From: Eledone cirrhosa
Taxonomy: Eukaryota
NCBI GenBank assembly: GCA_964016885.1
Contig: OZ024740.1
Coordinates: 266,724,001-266,788,000, forward strand
Length of the DNA: 64,000 nt
Direction: 5' to 3'
A program made the translations under genes and the position numbers. Under the pieces are notes generated by a model, which was given only the letters and a program-made list of their open reading frames with translations, had not been told where the DNA came from and did no database searches. Below are positions 12,002 through 25,287 of this stretch, in pieces (within the stretch, counting starts at the first letter, position 1; every line of letters starts with the position of its first letter).

Positions 12002-13360
12002 GTTAAAGAAAGAAGAGTAACATGGTAGGCTGTACAATAAGGGTTTTATTTAAAGTACTGACAATTGTTTCGTTGATCAGATGTGTCTAGAGTTGTTGAG
12101 TCAAACAAAGCCGTACGTTAAAACTATCCACGACGCGGAATACTCTATAACGATAACTTGTTATCCCATATATATACATATATATTTATACATATAACAC
12201 CTAACCTAGCTAGCCACATCACATTCAGTAACCATCATAATCTAAGACAGTATAACTTCCACACCGCGGTATCACCCCCCCCCCCCCAAATACACCACGC
12301 CGCTACACCAATACTTACTCTAGTAGCATACCTCCCCCATCTAATCCTTCTAGCACGCACCAACCGCATAGTTTAAACAACCCTACCCTCACTAACCGCA
12401 GCAGTAACTGCAACTGCCGTTACCCTAATGCATGCCCACTAAACGGACAATGCCTTACACCCAATATAGTTTATAGGTGCACAGTTAAAACAGCATCGCA
12501 TTCCAGCTCCTATATTGGCTCTACCTCTAACCCTTTTAAGGTACGCTATAACGCGCACTCATTTTCCTTCTGAGACCCTAGCAATACATGTTCAGCATCT
12601 CTAGCTAGGTTCATTAAAAACCTTAAATTAACAAACATTGAACACTCACTAACATGGGATATCTTGGCTAGAGCCCAACCGTTCAATGGACGAAGAAACT
12701 CTTGTGATCTCTGCCTTACCGAAGCCTATTACATAACTCTATCACGACCTCTACCGATTAATGATAGAACGGAGGTAACTATTTTAGCTGTCAACATCGA
12801 AGGGCAATTCCTTCGCCAACAGAATATTTGACCCAACATAGTCATCTCATCCCACTTTTACTTATAGCTAACATGTTAAATAGTTAACCCTAACTTAGAT
12901 AATTATAAGTTACCTCCCTTACATTGTCTCTCACTTAAAATCATTAGCACTTCTTAACTATAAACCACCTACAATTTCTAATTTCTCGAGGAGTTACTTC
13001 CCCTGAAACCAGCCTCTAATTAGTAAGGTAAATATGTCCTTTGGCGGCCATCTTGTTACCCATAGGCAGATCTCGCATAATGCAGCCTCGACAGAAGAAT
13101 ATTGGTCGGCTATGGCAGACGATAGATAGACCAAGGACACCATAGTGAAATACCAATATATGGAACATTACATTCATGTAACCATCTTTCTTTACTTTAA
13201 TTTATATTCCTTATCAATATTTTCATTATCTCTCGAAGTTCCGATGAACTGCTCCATTTTTACCTAAGTTAATTATCTTCATCTGAACCAGATCAATAAT
13301 GATCTATAATCATTTGATCCAGAAACATTATATGGAGTAGCGAAACAATTGTAAACGGAC
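12002..13360 (+). mobile_element. Decayed Penelope-like element fragment (Hydra-type GIY-YIG)
   Basis: About 12404-12830 translates to SNCNCRYPNACPLNGQCLTPNIVYRC...YIGSTSNPFKVRYNAH...W.ILARAQPF...CDLCLTEAYYI, with one stop and a frameshift. HHR at the 3' end. An HHR 3' half (CGAAACAATTGTC) lies inverted at about 12002-12072. Confidence 0.82.
13238..13356 (+). ncRNA. Hammerhead ribozyme motif with core variant CCGATGA and long stem II
   Basis: GTT-CCGATGA at 13241-47. Stem II base CTGCTCCAT/ATGGAGTAG. GAAACAATTGTA-AAC at 13342-56 (ACAATTGT palindrome). Confidence 0.7.
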
Positions 13361-13545
13361 ATTATTAGTATTATTATAATTATAAAATAAAGTACCAGTA
13401 ATGAACTGGGTAATTGCTGGCCTTGTGCCTAAAGTAGAAACAATTATTATTATTCCTTACATTCCTTACATTAAACTACAACTATGTTGACAATCTTTAA
13501 ATAATGTCTTCCTTGTGAAATTTGTGGTCTTGTTTTGTTTAACTA

Positions 13546-13549
13546 ATGA

Positions 13550-13594
<45 letters not shown>

Positions 13595-13706
13595 CATATA
13601 CATATATATATACATATATATATACATATACATATATATATACATATACATATATATATACATATATATATATATATACATATATATATGTATATAATAC
13701 ATATAC

Positions 13707-13780
<74 letters not shown>

Positions 13781-13801
13781 ATACATATACATATATATAT
13801 G

Positions 13802-13857
<56 letters not shown>

Positions 13858-13872
13858 TATATATACATATAC

Positions 13873-13903
<31 letters not shown>

Positions 13904-13969
13904 CACATATATATATACATATATATATATACATATACATATATATATATATATACATATATATATGTG

Positions 13970-14001
<32 letters not shown>

Positions 14002-14185
14002 CATATATATATACATATACATATATATATATATATAAATATACATATATATATAAATATACATATATATATACATATACATTATATATATATATATATA
14101 TATATATATGCATATATATACATATACATATATATATATATACATATATATATATACACATATATATATATACATATACATATAC

Positions 14186-14216
<31 letters not shown>

Positions 14217-14290
14217 CACATATATATATATATATATATATACATATATAAATACATATATTTACATATATATATACATATATATACATA
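13546..14290. repeat. Long degenerate (TA)n/(TACATA)n microsatellite
   Basis: Directly visible. Confidence 0.95.
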
Positions 14291-14294
14291 TTTA

Positions 14295-14600
14295 GTGAAG
14301 GCGCATGGCCTAGTGGTTAGAGCATTGGACTTGCAATCGGAAGGTTGTGAATTTATTCTCGGACCGGATGATGCGTTGTGTCCTTGAGCAAGACACTTTA
14401 TTTCACGTTGCTCCAGTTTACTCAGCTGTAGAAATGAGTTGCGACGTCACTGGTGCCAAGCTGTATCGGCCATTGCCTTTCCCTTGGACCTCATCGGTGG
14501 CGTGGAGAGGGAAGACTGGTATGCATGGGCGACTATTGGTCTTCCACAAACAACCTTGCCTGGACTTGTGCCTGGGAGGAAAACTTTCTAGGTTCAAATC
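14295..14600 (+). mobile_element. tRNA-derived SINE (family B, CORE-like body)
   Basis: A-box TGGCCTAGTGGTTAG and a degenerate B-box. Body TGTGTCCTTGAGCAAGACACTTTATTTCACGTTGCTCCAG is shared with copies at about 22000, 28980, 46020 and 59750. Confidence 0.8.
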
Positions 14601-14635
14601 CCTTTTTTTATATACATATTTACATATATATATAC

Positions 14636-14712
<77 letters not shown>

Positions 14713-14796
14713 AAGTTATATTTAAAATTGTTGGGTTACAACTAGTAAATATTTATAACTGATATAAAAGCACTCGACAAATATTTGGAGTATATT

Positions 14797-15151
14797 TACA
14801 ATATTAAATAAATGGAAAACTATATTTATAAAACCATATTTATTTCATTATATATATTTCGGGGATATCATATTAACAATATGCTATGCCTTCATCATAC
14901 AAAATACAATATAAACAGTTTTATAGATAAATATATTCGACATACCGTAATAAACATCAACTTCATTTGAAGAGTAAACCTCTTCAAATGAAGTTGATGT
15001 TTATTACGGTATGTCGAATATATTTATCTATAAAACTGTTTATATTGTATTTTGTATGATGAAGGCATAGCATATTGTTAATATGATATCCCCGAAATAT
15101 ATATAATGAAATAAATATGGTTTTATAAATATAGTTTTCCATTTATTTAAT

Positions 15152-15157
<6 letters not shown>
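14797..15157. repeat. Perfect 178-bp-arm palindrome made of a PLE-like 3' end with a degenerate HHR in each arm
   Basis: 14797-14974 is the reverse complement of 14980-15157, with loop TAAAC. The right arm has ATGATGA...CGAAATATATATA. A related arm fragment lies at about 11612-11675. Confidence 0.9.
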
Positions 15158-15193
<36 letters not shown>

Positions 15194-15198
<5 letters not shown>

Positions 15199-18100
15199 AA
15201 ATAAAGATCAGAAGGCATGGTATAAATTTCCAATCATTTTAATCACGACACATGTTTCAATAAGAGATAGATCGATCGTGTAGCCATGATCGATTATCAC
15301 TCATATCGCTAGGAAAACCTTAATTGAGTTCAACGGTGATTTGTGGACCAGGAATGATTGGCTGGACAATTTGGACATCACCATGAGATCCACGGACTCG
15401 GCCCAGGTGACGGATCTGGTGGGCCTTTACTTCCTCGACTGTCTCGGAGTGGAAATGTCCCACTTGGGAGGTGGCGCTTACCGTGACGACGTTTTGTTTA
15501 CTGTGTCGTTCCATAATAATAGTATGGTAGAGAGGGTTGAGGAAAAAACTAAGCAAATTCTTCAACAACATAGACCTAAGTATAGTGTTTGAAGAAAACC
15601 TGAAGATAGTTAATTTTCTAGATGTTACACTTAGCCTCAATTCAGGATTCTTCCAACCCTACCACAAACCCAACTAAAATCTAAATTATGTCAACGCAAA
15701 ATCGAACCACCCTAGAATAGTCACTAACGGTATTACCAAAAGCGTCTCTAGTAGAATTTCAGGACTATCTTCTAATGAAGAGACCTTTGAACGCGCGGGG
15801 CATAGCGAGGTAATCTCATTCAAACGTCCATTAAATAGTAGTAGCAACATTGCCTGCGATAGATTAGGCCAAAATAGTGACACTTTAGTTAACAGCAGGC
15901 GGGATGCGAGGAGGGATCAATATAGACTTCATGTTGTATTGCCTCCTAGTCCCAATGTCAATGGTACCAGGGGAACCAAACACCCAGGTACAAACACGGG
16001 GTCAGAGCACCGTAATGTTAGCGGAAACTCTAATTGTAACCTTAATTGTAGAACTGATAAAACAACCGTTGAACGTAAAATGGAACGAGGGTCGGGTAGA
16101 GGGAATAGGGATAAATGTAGCAGGCGTATAGTGGATATAACCCGGCTATCGAGGGTAATCCCAATGGCTGCACGGGGGGTACACCACCCCGGAGACATGG
16201 GACGATTCCGAACACAATCGGGACACCCAGGAAACGATCGACCCACAGGCAGTTTTCAGTTATAATAGACCAGTAGCTACTAGGGAGACAGGTAACTCCA
16301 GTATAGATAGCAAGAACAAGAGGCATCGGACCAGAAAAATCCTGTGGTATAACCCCCCTTACTCCACTGGCCTGACCACTAGTATAGCTAAGCTTTTCTT
16401 TAGGGCCTTAGACAAATGCTTCCCTAGATCACGCAAATACTATAAAATATTCAATAGGAATACCATTAAGCTGTCCAACTCCACAACCAGTAACATAGCT
16501 CAGAATATAGCTAAGGTGAATTATAGTAGACTTAGGACAGCCCAAGGCGGAATGAGACATGGCAGAACTAATGGCAGCTCTATGGATGAACGGGCTCATA
16601 CACGTGAGGCGAGTCGGGTCACCCCAACTCCTGGGAACTTACCCATAGAGCAGACAAGAACTGAGACCCGACCCCAGAGGTACCGTGGTTCCTCTGGAAC
16701 TACCCAGGTCGATAACAGAAAATGTAATTGCAGGAACACCGCCACTTGCCCCATGGCTGGCAAAAACATAGTCTACGACTATGATAGAACCTTCAGGTAT
16801 GTTGGGGCAACTGCCACTGAGTTTAAGGATAGATGGTATAATCACCGCCATACCTTTAATAGATTAGATAAAAGAAATAACACGGCGCTTTCTGAATTAG
16901 TCTGGAAGCTTAAACAACAGAATATAGAGCACTCCTTATCCTGGTCCATAATTTGCTCAGCCCAGCCATATAATCGCAGCACTGGAGTTTGTAATTTATG
17001 TATAGCTGAAACCTTTAATATTATTAGAGGCGGCCCCCTATTAATCAATAGGAGAGCGGATATTTTCAGCAACTGCCAACATAGAACCTCGAAAACCTTC
17101 CGCAGGATTTTTTGAAAGTAACCTACCACTAACTCCCTCCTCTCTACCTTAGCCATAGAGTTATCTCAATTAGCAAAAAAACAGACAATCACACACTCAG
17201 GTAGTTAGACAGCGAAGATTGTTTGCGCACTTACAAACGGTACTCGGCCTGTTTCCACAGAGTCCTCACAGCTGAGTGAACATTAGAATACCTAGTTTGT
17301 AAATAGTTAAATGATTACACACTCGGGTAAGACCGATTACGCGCATTCGCCATTACTTTAGGATACCCTAACCATTGAGTTCTCTCGGTTAGGTTATAGC
17401 TAGGCGTATTACACACTCAGTTAAGGCTAATTACGCTCTCTATACATAACTCTACACACAGTACCCGGTTTCTTTAGACACTGAGTTCCCACAGTTATTA
17501 CTGGTCACCTTCCTATCGATTGAACACTACACTAGGTTTTGATCCGTGTTCATCTAACCATAGAGTGCTCACGGTTACAGATTGTACAATAATACTCACA
17601 CGCCATTAATGGGCCTACACACATTCTCTGGGTTTTGCTATTCTTTGTTATTTTATTTTGCCTTTTGCGTTGGATAACACACCTCCACCACTCAAACACC
17701 TATCTTAAAAGCCCAAGGGCCCATATGACGGGAGATCGCACATACTGACACCTTAACCTAAATACCCAACCCTGAACTTACTTGCGTGTGTTTAGGGATG
17801 CGGTTGACCAAATTTTTCCAATTTACATCGTCAAATTGAGATTTGACCAAAATAACATTTGTTATTTTGTAAACTAACTTTCGGTGAATACTATGTTGGT
17901 ATATTTGTATTTTTTCTTTAACCTCGTGTCGGGGTGTGTGAGTGTGTGTGTACTCACTCACACTAACTGTGACCGTCTAAAGTTCTACAGATTTGATGCT
18001 GTGTTGGTATGTGTATATATTTTTTTTCTTTGACCTTGCGTCGTGTGTGTGAGCGTGTGTGTACCCACTCACATTAACTGTGACCGACTGTAATTCTACA

Positions 18101-18411
18101 GATTTGATTGATTTCCAGCGTCTTTTGCAGCTATTGGGAGATAGAGACTTGATAGTTTTATGACCCTAACTGAGGACGATAGCAGTCGCCGTGTTTTGAC
18201 TGCTTGATCTTCATATGAGGGACTAAACTCTGTGAGAGAACACTGTTAATTTTCTCCCTCATATCAAGGATTTGAAGACAATTCATTTTAACCTGACGAG
18301 GTCAGTGATAATCGATCATGGCTACACGATCGATCTATCTCTTATTGAAATATGTGTCGTGATTAAAATGATTGGAAATGTATACCATGCCTTCTGATCT
18401 TTATTTTGATA
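15194..18411 (+). mobile_element. Penelope-like element (Hydra-type), 5'-truncated within RT, with inverted 3'-end copy
   Basis: RT remnants DITMRSTDSAQVTDLVGLY and GAYRDD (15341-15592), FLDVTL, SNHP, ILWYNPPYS. Linker CNCRNTATC and endonuclease YVGATATEFKDRWYNH...CNLCIAE (16516-17115). 15194-15301 is an inverted copy of about 18304-18411. Several stops and frameshifts. Confidence 0.9.
18282..18371 (+). ncRNA. Type I hammerhead ribozyme motif in the PLE 3' end
   Basis: CTGACGAG at 18293-18300 and GAAATATGTGTC at 18347-58 (GAAACATGTGTC in the inverted copy). Stem I TCATTTTAA/TTAAAATGA; internal hairpin ATCGATC...GATCGAT. Confidence 0.75.
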
Positions 18412-19654
18412 CAAATACTCCGTTTTACATCATCCAGCTGTTTCCATAAATGGAATTGGGGATATACAAAAGCGTGGAGAACTTAATATTGCTAACAAAA
18501 ATTTATTGGAGCGTTTGACACAACCAATAATACACCTTACTATATAACAACTATATATATATACATATATATATACAAACGTTTGAATATGTATAATAAA
18601 GCCAAAACAATGCAGGTATGGACATAGAATAAAGAATGCAAATGCAAAAGATATTGTTGACAATTAGTCTTTTACCTTAGATTTATTTAAATGTCCTTAA
18701 TTTTCGAGATAATATCTCTTCTTCAGAGGAAAATAAAGGTCTCAAACCAGCGTTCTAAATAGCTTGCCAAGTCATGCTGACAGGAAATGGTATAGAGTAT
18801 CTGTTCTATCTCTAATGTCAAAGAGTTAAAATTAGGTGGATAAAGAGTAGTCTCCCTTTAAAAGGGGTTTGTTTTTGTTTTGTTTTTTTTTTGTTTTTTA
18901 TATACATGCCTGTTTAAGTGCGCTTGTTATATACGTATTGATTTATTTATATACATTTATATACGTTTATATAATTATTTATTTATATGTATACACGCAT
19001 ACACACACACACATATTTATATGTGCGTGGTTTTGTATACCTATGGTAAGTTTTTGCGTATGCTTGTGTATGTACGTATTTGTTTGCGTGTATGTATTTA
19101 TTTATTTCTATTACTTCTGTATTGTATTTATTTACTTTGTTCTTAACTCTGTAGCGGAGATTCATTCGATCTCCTTGTTAGAATTTTAGTCTACGACTTC
19201 TGCTATACCATTTACGTGGTTTTGTCTTTGCGTGCTATTGTTCTCCACGCTCCATATATGACGTATTATCTTCGTTTTTCTCGTTCATTGCCAGAGAACG
19301 TCTCTATGCACCACCTAAGAGAACATTAGTCTACGACCTCTTTTATACCATAAACGTGGTTCTGTCTTTGCGCGTAATTGTTTTTCACCGCTCCTATTAA
19401 TTCGTTTTTTCCCGTTTTTTCCCGTTTTTTCCCGTTTTTTCCCGTTTTATTATATTCGTTTTTTCCCGGTCTTTGCCAGCGAACGTTTCCACGAACCAAA
19501 GTATCGTCTTCCTGTCTTCCTCCGGTTGCAACGTTTTTTGAAATATCCAGTTCTGCGTTTACAAATTGACTTTGTTAGTTTCAGGGTGAAAGCAGCGATT
19601 CTTTGCTTAAACTTTAATCTGTTATTTTAATAAATATATATATATACATATATA

Positions 19655-21730
19655 TCATCATCATCATAATTTTACGTCCGCTTTTCTCTGCTTGCAAGGG
19701 TGGGTCGGGTCTTATTCAGCACAGCATCTCTCCACTCGTCTCGGTCCTTCGTCATCTCCACCGTGAGCTTCAACGATCTGAGGTCTGTTCTCACCACCTC
19801 CGCCCATGTTTTTCGTGGTCTACCTCTACCACGTCTTCCTTCAACTGGCATTTCCTGGCACTTCTTCACCCATCGGTCATCCTCCATGCTCATATCCTCC
19901 ATGTCCATACCACCTCAGTCTCCTCTCCCGTACACTACATTCTATCCCTCTCAGACACAGTTTCTCTCTCAACACATTCATGCTGGGTCATTCATGTACA
20001 TTGACACTGCACATCCAGCGGAGCATGCTTGCCTCATTTCTCTCCAGCCATCGTATATGCTCTGCCCACGTCTCACTATACCATGCAGCATCGCGCTCCT
20101 CACACAGGCATCATACAACCGGCCTTTCGTACGCAGGGAGAAACCCTTCTTTGTCAGCAGAGGAAGCAGCTCCCTAAACTTCTTCCAACCCGTCCTTATT
20201 CTAGATACTATGGCCTCGGAACACCCTCCTCCCATGCTAATCTGATCTCCTAGGTACCGGAAGCTATCCACCACTTCTATAGCGCCCTCCTGCATTTGAA
20301 AAATGTGTCTATCAATGCGACTTCTACTGTCTAATTTCCCTGTACATCTACTGCATACATATTTCTCCCTACCTGTTAGTTTGCCTGCTATCCCACTACA
20401 TCTCTTGTGTACCCAGGATCTGCATTGTGTGCATTTTATAGAATTTATCTGCTTATCGAACATGGTCATTTCCCTGATGGAATCAGAGTTTTCTCCTCTT
20501 TTCTACTCATCAACACTTTTGTCTTAGCTAGGTTTACTCTCAGTCCTCTTGCTTCCAACTGCTGTTTCCATACCCAGAATTTATTCTCTAGCTCCTCTAC
20601 TGATTCTGCTATAAGAACCAGATCACCAGCATAGAGAAGTTCCCATGGACAGCCAGTCTTAAACTCCTCTGTTATGGCTTGGAGGACTATAATGAATAAG
20701 AGCGGGCTGAGGACCGAACCTTGATGTACTCCTACTTGTATCTGGAATTCCTCACTAAACTCCATTCCTACCCTGACTTTACTGAGAGTACCTCTGTACA
20801 AAGTTTGCACTGTCCTCACAAGCCATTCCTCAACACCTAGCTTCCTTAGGGACCACCAGATGACAGATCGCGGTACCCTATCAAAGGCCTTCTGTAGGTC
20901 GACAAAGGTATAGTGGCTTATTTTTCTCTAAGAACCTCTCTTGCAATTGTCTCACCAAGAAGAGAGCATATGTTGTACTCTTCCCAGGCACAAAACCAAA
21001 CTGCATCTCATCTAATTTGACCCTTTCTCTAATTAGTTGTGCTAATATCCTTTCTGCCACTTTCATAACCTGATCCATCAGTTTCATACCCCTATAATTG
21101 CTCCTCTCCAGAGCATCCCCTTTACCTTTGTAGCAATTTATGAGAATACTGCTGCACCAGTCTTTGGGTATGATACCACCATATATAGCCTGATTGATGA
21201 TGCGTGCAACCAGTTTAGTGCCTGCGTCCTCTGATGCCTTCAGCATCTCAGCAACTATTCCCGATGGTCCAGCAGCCTTACCATTTTTCATTTCCTTAAT
21301 CGCCACTTGGACCCTATATTCATCAATCTCAATAGCTGGCCCCTCTGTCAGATCTACTAAGGGTAATTTCTCTCTCTCCCAATCATTCTCCACATTCATC
21401 AGTCTCTCATAATGACATTTCCAGGCCTTCTTTTTCTGATCATTCGTGACACTAAGTACACCGGCATCATCCCGGACACATTTATCTCCAACAACATCCT
21501 GATTTGCATTGACACACTGCCTTGCAATGTGGAACACCGCATGCCTCTGATCTTCCTGTCGCAGAACATTGGCAAACCTCCTACTCTCCGCCTCCCTGTG
21601 TGCTAAGTACACCTGACGTCTAGCTTAGCGGCTGTATATTCTTCCCTACACCCACCCTTTTTCCAAGCCTTCCATGCTAGTCTTTTGTCTCTAATGGCCT
21701 TATCTACTGTGCTGTTCCACCGCCAGGTCA
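19655..21730 (-). mobile_element. RTE-clade LINE, 5'-truncated and frameshifted, with a (GAT)n tail
   Basis: ORF pieces 20881-21612 (GKAAGPSG, NYRGMKL, QFGFVPGKST), 20466-20819 (VHQGSVLSPLLF, LLYAGDL), 19978-20469 (Cys-rich finger, FRYLG) and 19672-19908 (RGRGRPRKTW). Confidence 0.92.
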
Positions 21731-21777
21731 CATATATATATATACATATATATATACATACATATATATATACATAT

Positions 21778-22110
21778 CATTTCATCATCATCATCATTTC
21801 ATTTTACGTCCACTTTTCCCTGCTTGCAAGGGTGGAACGGGAACTGATTCTGGCTTGAATTCTACAGCTGGATGCCCTTCCTAACACATACCTCATTTAT
21901 AGTGAGTGCTGGGTGCTTTTTTTGCCGTGGCACCTCCACGACCACTTTGCAGTGGAATGATAGGGACCCCAGTCCCTATCATCTCATTTCTACAGCTGGG
22001 TAAACTGGAGAAATGTGAAATAAAGTGTCTTGCTCAAGAAAACACAGTCTGAGAATTAAACTCACAACCTTTCGATTGCAAGGCCAATGCTCTAACCACT
22101 AAGCCATGTG
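21778..22110 (-). mobile_element. Family B SINE with RTE-derived 3' tail
   Basis: tRNA-like head (TGGCTTAGTGGTTAG) and CORE-like body. The 3' end CCCTTGCAAGCAGGGAAAAGTGGACGTAAAATG-(ATG)n matches the RTE 3' end at 19655-19700. A closely similar copy lies at 45808-46140. Confidence 0.82.
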
Positions 22111-22399
22111 TATATGTATATATATATATACATACATATATATATACATACATATATATATATACATATCATCATTATTATCTTCGTTTAACGTCCATTT
22201 TCCATGCTAGCATGGGTTAGACGGTATATATATACATATATATACATACATACATATATATATATATATATGTGTAGGAGGTGAGTTTTATTGTAGTACA
22301 ATAAAGCAATGCAGATATCGGATAAGAAGCACTCTACAGTTTGTAGGACTGGAGTATGCATAATATAAGATCAAAAGATGGTTAAAGGAGTTCCATGTA

Positions 22400-22466
22400 T
22401 TTTATTATGCGCATTTCAAAAACAAACATCATCATGCAATAATATTTGTGTTTTCATCAGATAAAA
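22400..22466 (-). ncRNA. Type I hammerhead ribozyme motif
   Basis: Reverse complement reads TTTTAT-CTGATGA-AAACACAAAT...TTTGTTTTT-GAAATGCGCATA-ATAAAA. Confidence 0.82.
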
Positions 22467-23489
22467 CAGGAGAACATGATATGAAGGCTAAAAAACACTT
22501 GTGGATAGTGCAGTTTTAAATCAACATATGAAAAGTGGTTTTAGATTGATGTGTGATATTGGGAAAAAAATATTTTATTTAGAGAGGGGGGGGTGGAAAG
22601 GATGAAAAGGGAAGGAGATGAGAGGGAGAGATGGGTGATAGAGAGAAAGAGATAGTTTTTATAACTGAGAGGAGATATATTTTTTTATATAGAGAGGTTG
22701 AAAACCGTTGGAAGATATTGTATAAATTAAAAATTTTGAAAATTAACGAAGGGAGGATATGTGCGAGGAAAAAATATTTTATTTAGGGAGGGGGGGTGGA
22801 AAGGATGAAAAAAAAGGGGGAGGAGATGAGAGTGAAGGTGGAGAGGGAGAGATGGGTGATAGAGAGAAAGAGATAGTTTTTATAACTGAGAAAAAGATAT
22901 ATTGTTTTAACATAGAGAGGTTGGGAACCGTTGGAAGATAATGTATAAATTAAAGGAATTTGAAAATTAACGAATGGAAATTATGTATGAAGATAGAGAG
23001 AAAAAAATAATAATTGTGGATGAATATTCTAACGTCAAAAAAAGAAATGTATGTATTGTGGCAATTTCAAAATTAACGAAGAGAAAAATTATTAAGGTTT
23101 GTGTGTAGAAGGATTTGAGAAAAATAATGTGAAGTTAAAGTTTGTATATTGATTGAATTGATAATATATGCGAATAAAGAGTTAATATGTATTAATAATG
23201 AGTTCGTTGATGGGGAGAAAAAAATAATAAATTAAGGATGAAATTGAGATTAAAAAGATTTATGATAGAGAGAAAAAATAATAATGATTGCGGATGAATA
23301 TTCTAACGTCAAAAACAAACAAAAGTATATGTTATGATTTTACAAGGTGAAGATAGAATGAGGGTAATGAGTAAACAAGTATTATAGAGTGTATAATGCC
23401 CTTTAAAGTAAGGTAGATGGGTATATTTTAAAGAGGTGTATTTATATGTGCCTTTGAGAAAAGATTCTAAATTGATAAAGAATTGAATA

Positions 23490-24850
23490 TTAACTGTATA
23501 CTTTGTGAAAAGTTCTATGGAATTTATGCAGGCAGATAGAAAACAAATCTGTGCGTCTATTTATTATAGAATCTAGGTTAGAGATAATGGTAAATTTCTC
23601 ATTTAGGCAGAGATTACAGATTTTAGATAGAGAGCTGTTCAAGTATGAGGATGCAGAAGAAATCTTCTTCCAAAAGATGGTATATTTAATGTTTTTGTCT
23701 TTTAAGGACCATATGAGTTCTGAGAGAGCAGTGTTAGTTCTTTTAAGTTTGTATTTGAAAGATGAATGATGATTATAGAGACGAGCTTTAAAAGAGGTGG
23801 AAGTGGAGCCAAAATAGGTGAAGGAATTGGTGCTAGTTATAATTTTACATTCATAAATTAAGTTTTTATCGAGACAATGGTTGTTGAGAGGACATTTATT
23901 TTTAATGCGGCAGTTGCAATTAGAGAGATTATTAATGAGTGATCTAGTGTTATCTATAGAAGGAATTGGATTGGAGAAGTTGTTTGCGATAGGAATAATA
24001 GGAATAATAGTTTCTTGATTTAGAGTTGGATTATGAACATTTAGCGAAGTTGTGTTTGACGTTGTATTTGGGTTTACAGAAGTTAGCCTAGGGTTTACAA
24101 TGACGTCGGGAGTACTATTACTGTTATTATGAAATTCAATATTGGAAGGAAGAGATTTAGTATTTAGTATTTTATTGTTGTGTTTAGAGATGATGTTGGA
24201 AATATTGGAGGATGTAGAATACGAAAATTTGATGGTGTGTTTGTTAAATATTTTACTATAGATATGTGAGGGAGGGAAGCATTTATTTAAGGCACTAAAA
24301 AATAATTTAGGAATATTGTTATTAATAGAGATGGAGAAAGGAGTATTATACCAGATTATGTTTTTGTATCTAGGTCTTTTATTAAAATTATTGGAATGGT
24401 CATGATTAATTATTCTACTGTAAGTTTTTCTAGAATTTCTTTCTTTACTATATTTGATTTTATCTGGATAGCCGGCTTTAGAAAGTGCGTTATTATAGTA
24501 ATTGGCGTTAGCATCAAAGATGTTTTTATTAGAAGATATGTTAGATATTCTATTTCCAATATTATTAACTATAGCATTTTTGATATTGGTAGGATGGTTA
24601 GATTTAAAGTTAACATAATTAAGGTTCTCATTGTTTTTATGGTAAGGGTAATATAGGCCAGTGTCAAGATTAAGAGATACATCCAAGAAATTAGCTAGTT
24701 TGATACTATTATCAAATTCAATTTTTAGGTTATGTTGGTTAAAGAGATTACGTATATTGTTCTTAATAATATTAAGGTTAACTATATTACAATTTAGGAT
24801 AGTAAAGAGTCCATCGTCACGATAAATTCCACCGCGAAGTTGAGGAATTC
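23490..24850 (-). pseudogene. PLE RT C-terminal half plus GIY-YIG endonuclease (truncated but open frame)
   Basis: ORF 23490-24686 plus the in-frame upstream extension containing YRDD at about 24814-24825. Confidence 0.88.
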
Positions 24851-25220
24851 ACTCTCATCTCCTCCCCCTTTTTTTTCATCCTTTCCACCCCCCCCCTCCC
24901 TAAATAAAATATTTTTTCCTCGCACATATCCTCCCTTCGTTAATTTTCAAAATTTTTAATTTATACAATATCTTCCAACGGTTTTCAACCTCTCTATATA
25001 AAAAATATATCTCCTCTCAGTTATAAAAACTATCTCTTTCTCTCTATCACCCATCTCTCCCTCTCATCTCCTTCCCTTATCATCCTTTCCACCCCCCCCC
25101 CTCTCTAAATAAAATATTTTTTTCCCAATATCACACATCAATCTAAAACCACTTTTCATATGTTGATTTAAAACTGCACTATCCACAAGTGTTTTTTAGC
25201 CTTCATATCATGTTCTCCTG

Positions 25221-25287
25221 TTTTATCTGATGAAAACACAAATATTATTGCATGATGATGTTTGTTTTTGAAATGCGCATAATAAAA
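25221..25287 (+). ncRNA. Type I hammerhead ribozyme motif (inverted copy)
   Basis: CTGATGA at 25227-33, GAAA at 25270-73, ATGCGCAT palindrome, stem I TTTTAT/ATAAAA. Confidence 0.82.

Noticed and set aside
12566-12576. In-frame TGA in a PLE endonuclease as selenocysteine
   Set aside because: It aligns to a non-Cys position (K or N in the sibling PLEs), the copy is also frameshifted, and no SECIS was recognised; ordinary decay.
13471-13542. Possible small minus-strand exon (AG...GTAAGG) of the 27-kb gene
   Set aside because: The phase-0 reading hits a stop, there is no homology, and splice-like dinucleotides are common here.
14295-14365. tRNA genes at SINE heads (also about 46075-46140, 53425-53490, 59810-59877)
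   Set aside because: A/B boxes are present but there is no complete cloverleaf, and most continue into a shared SINE body.
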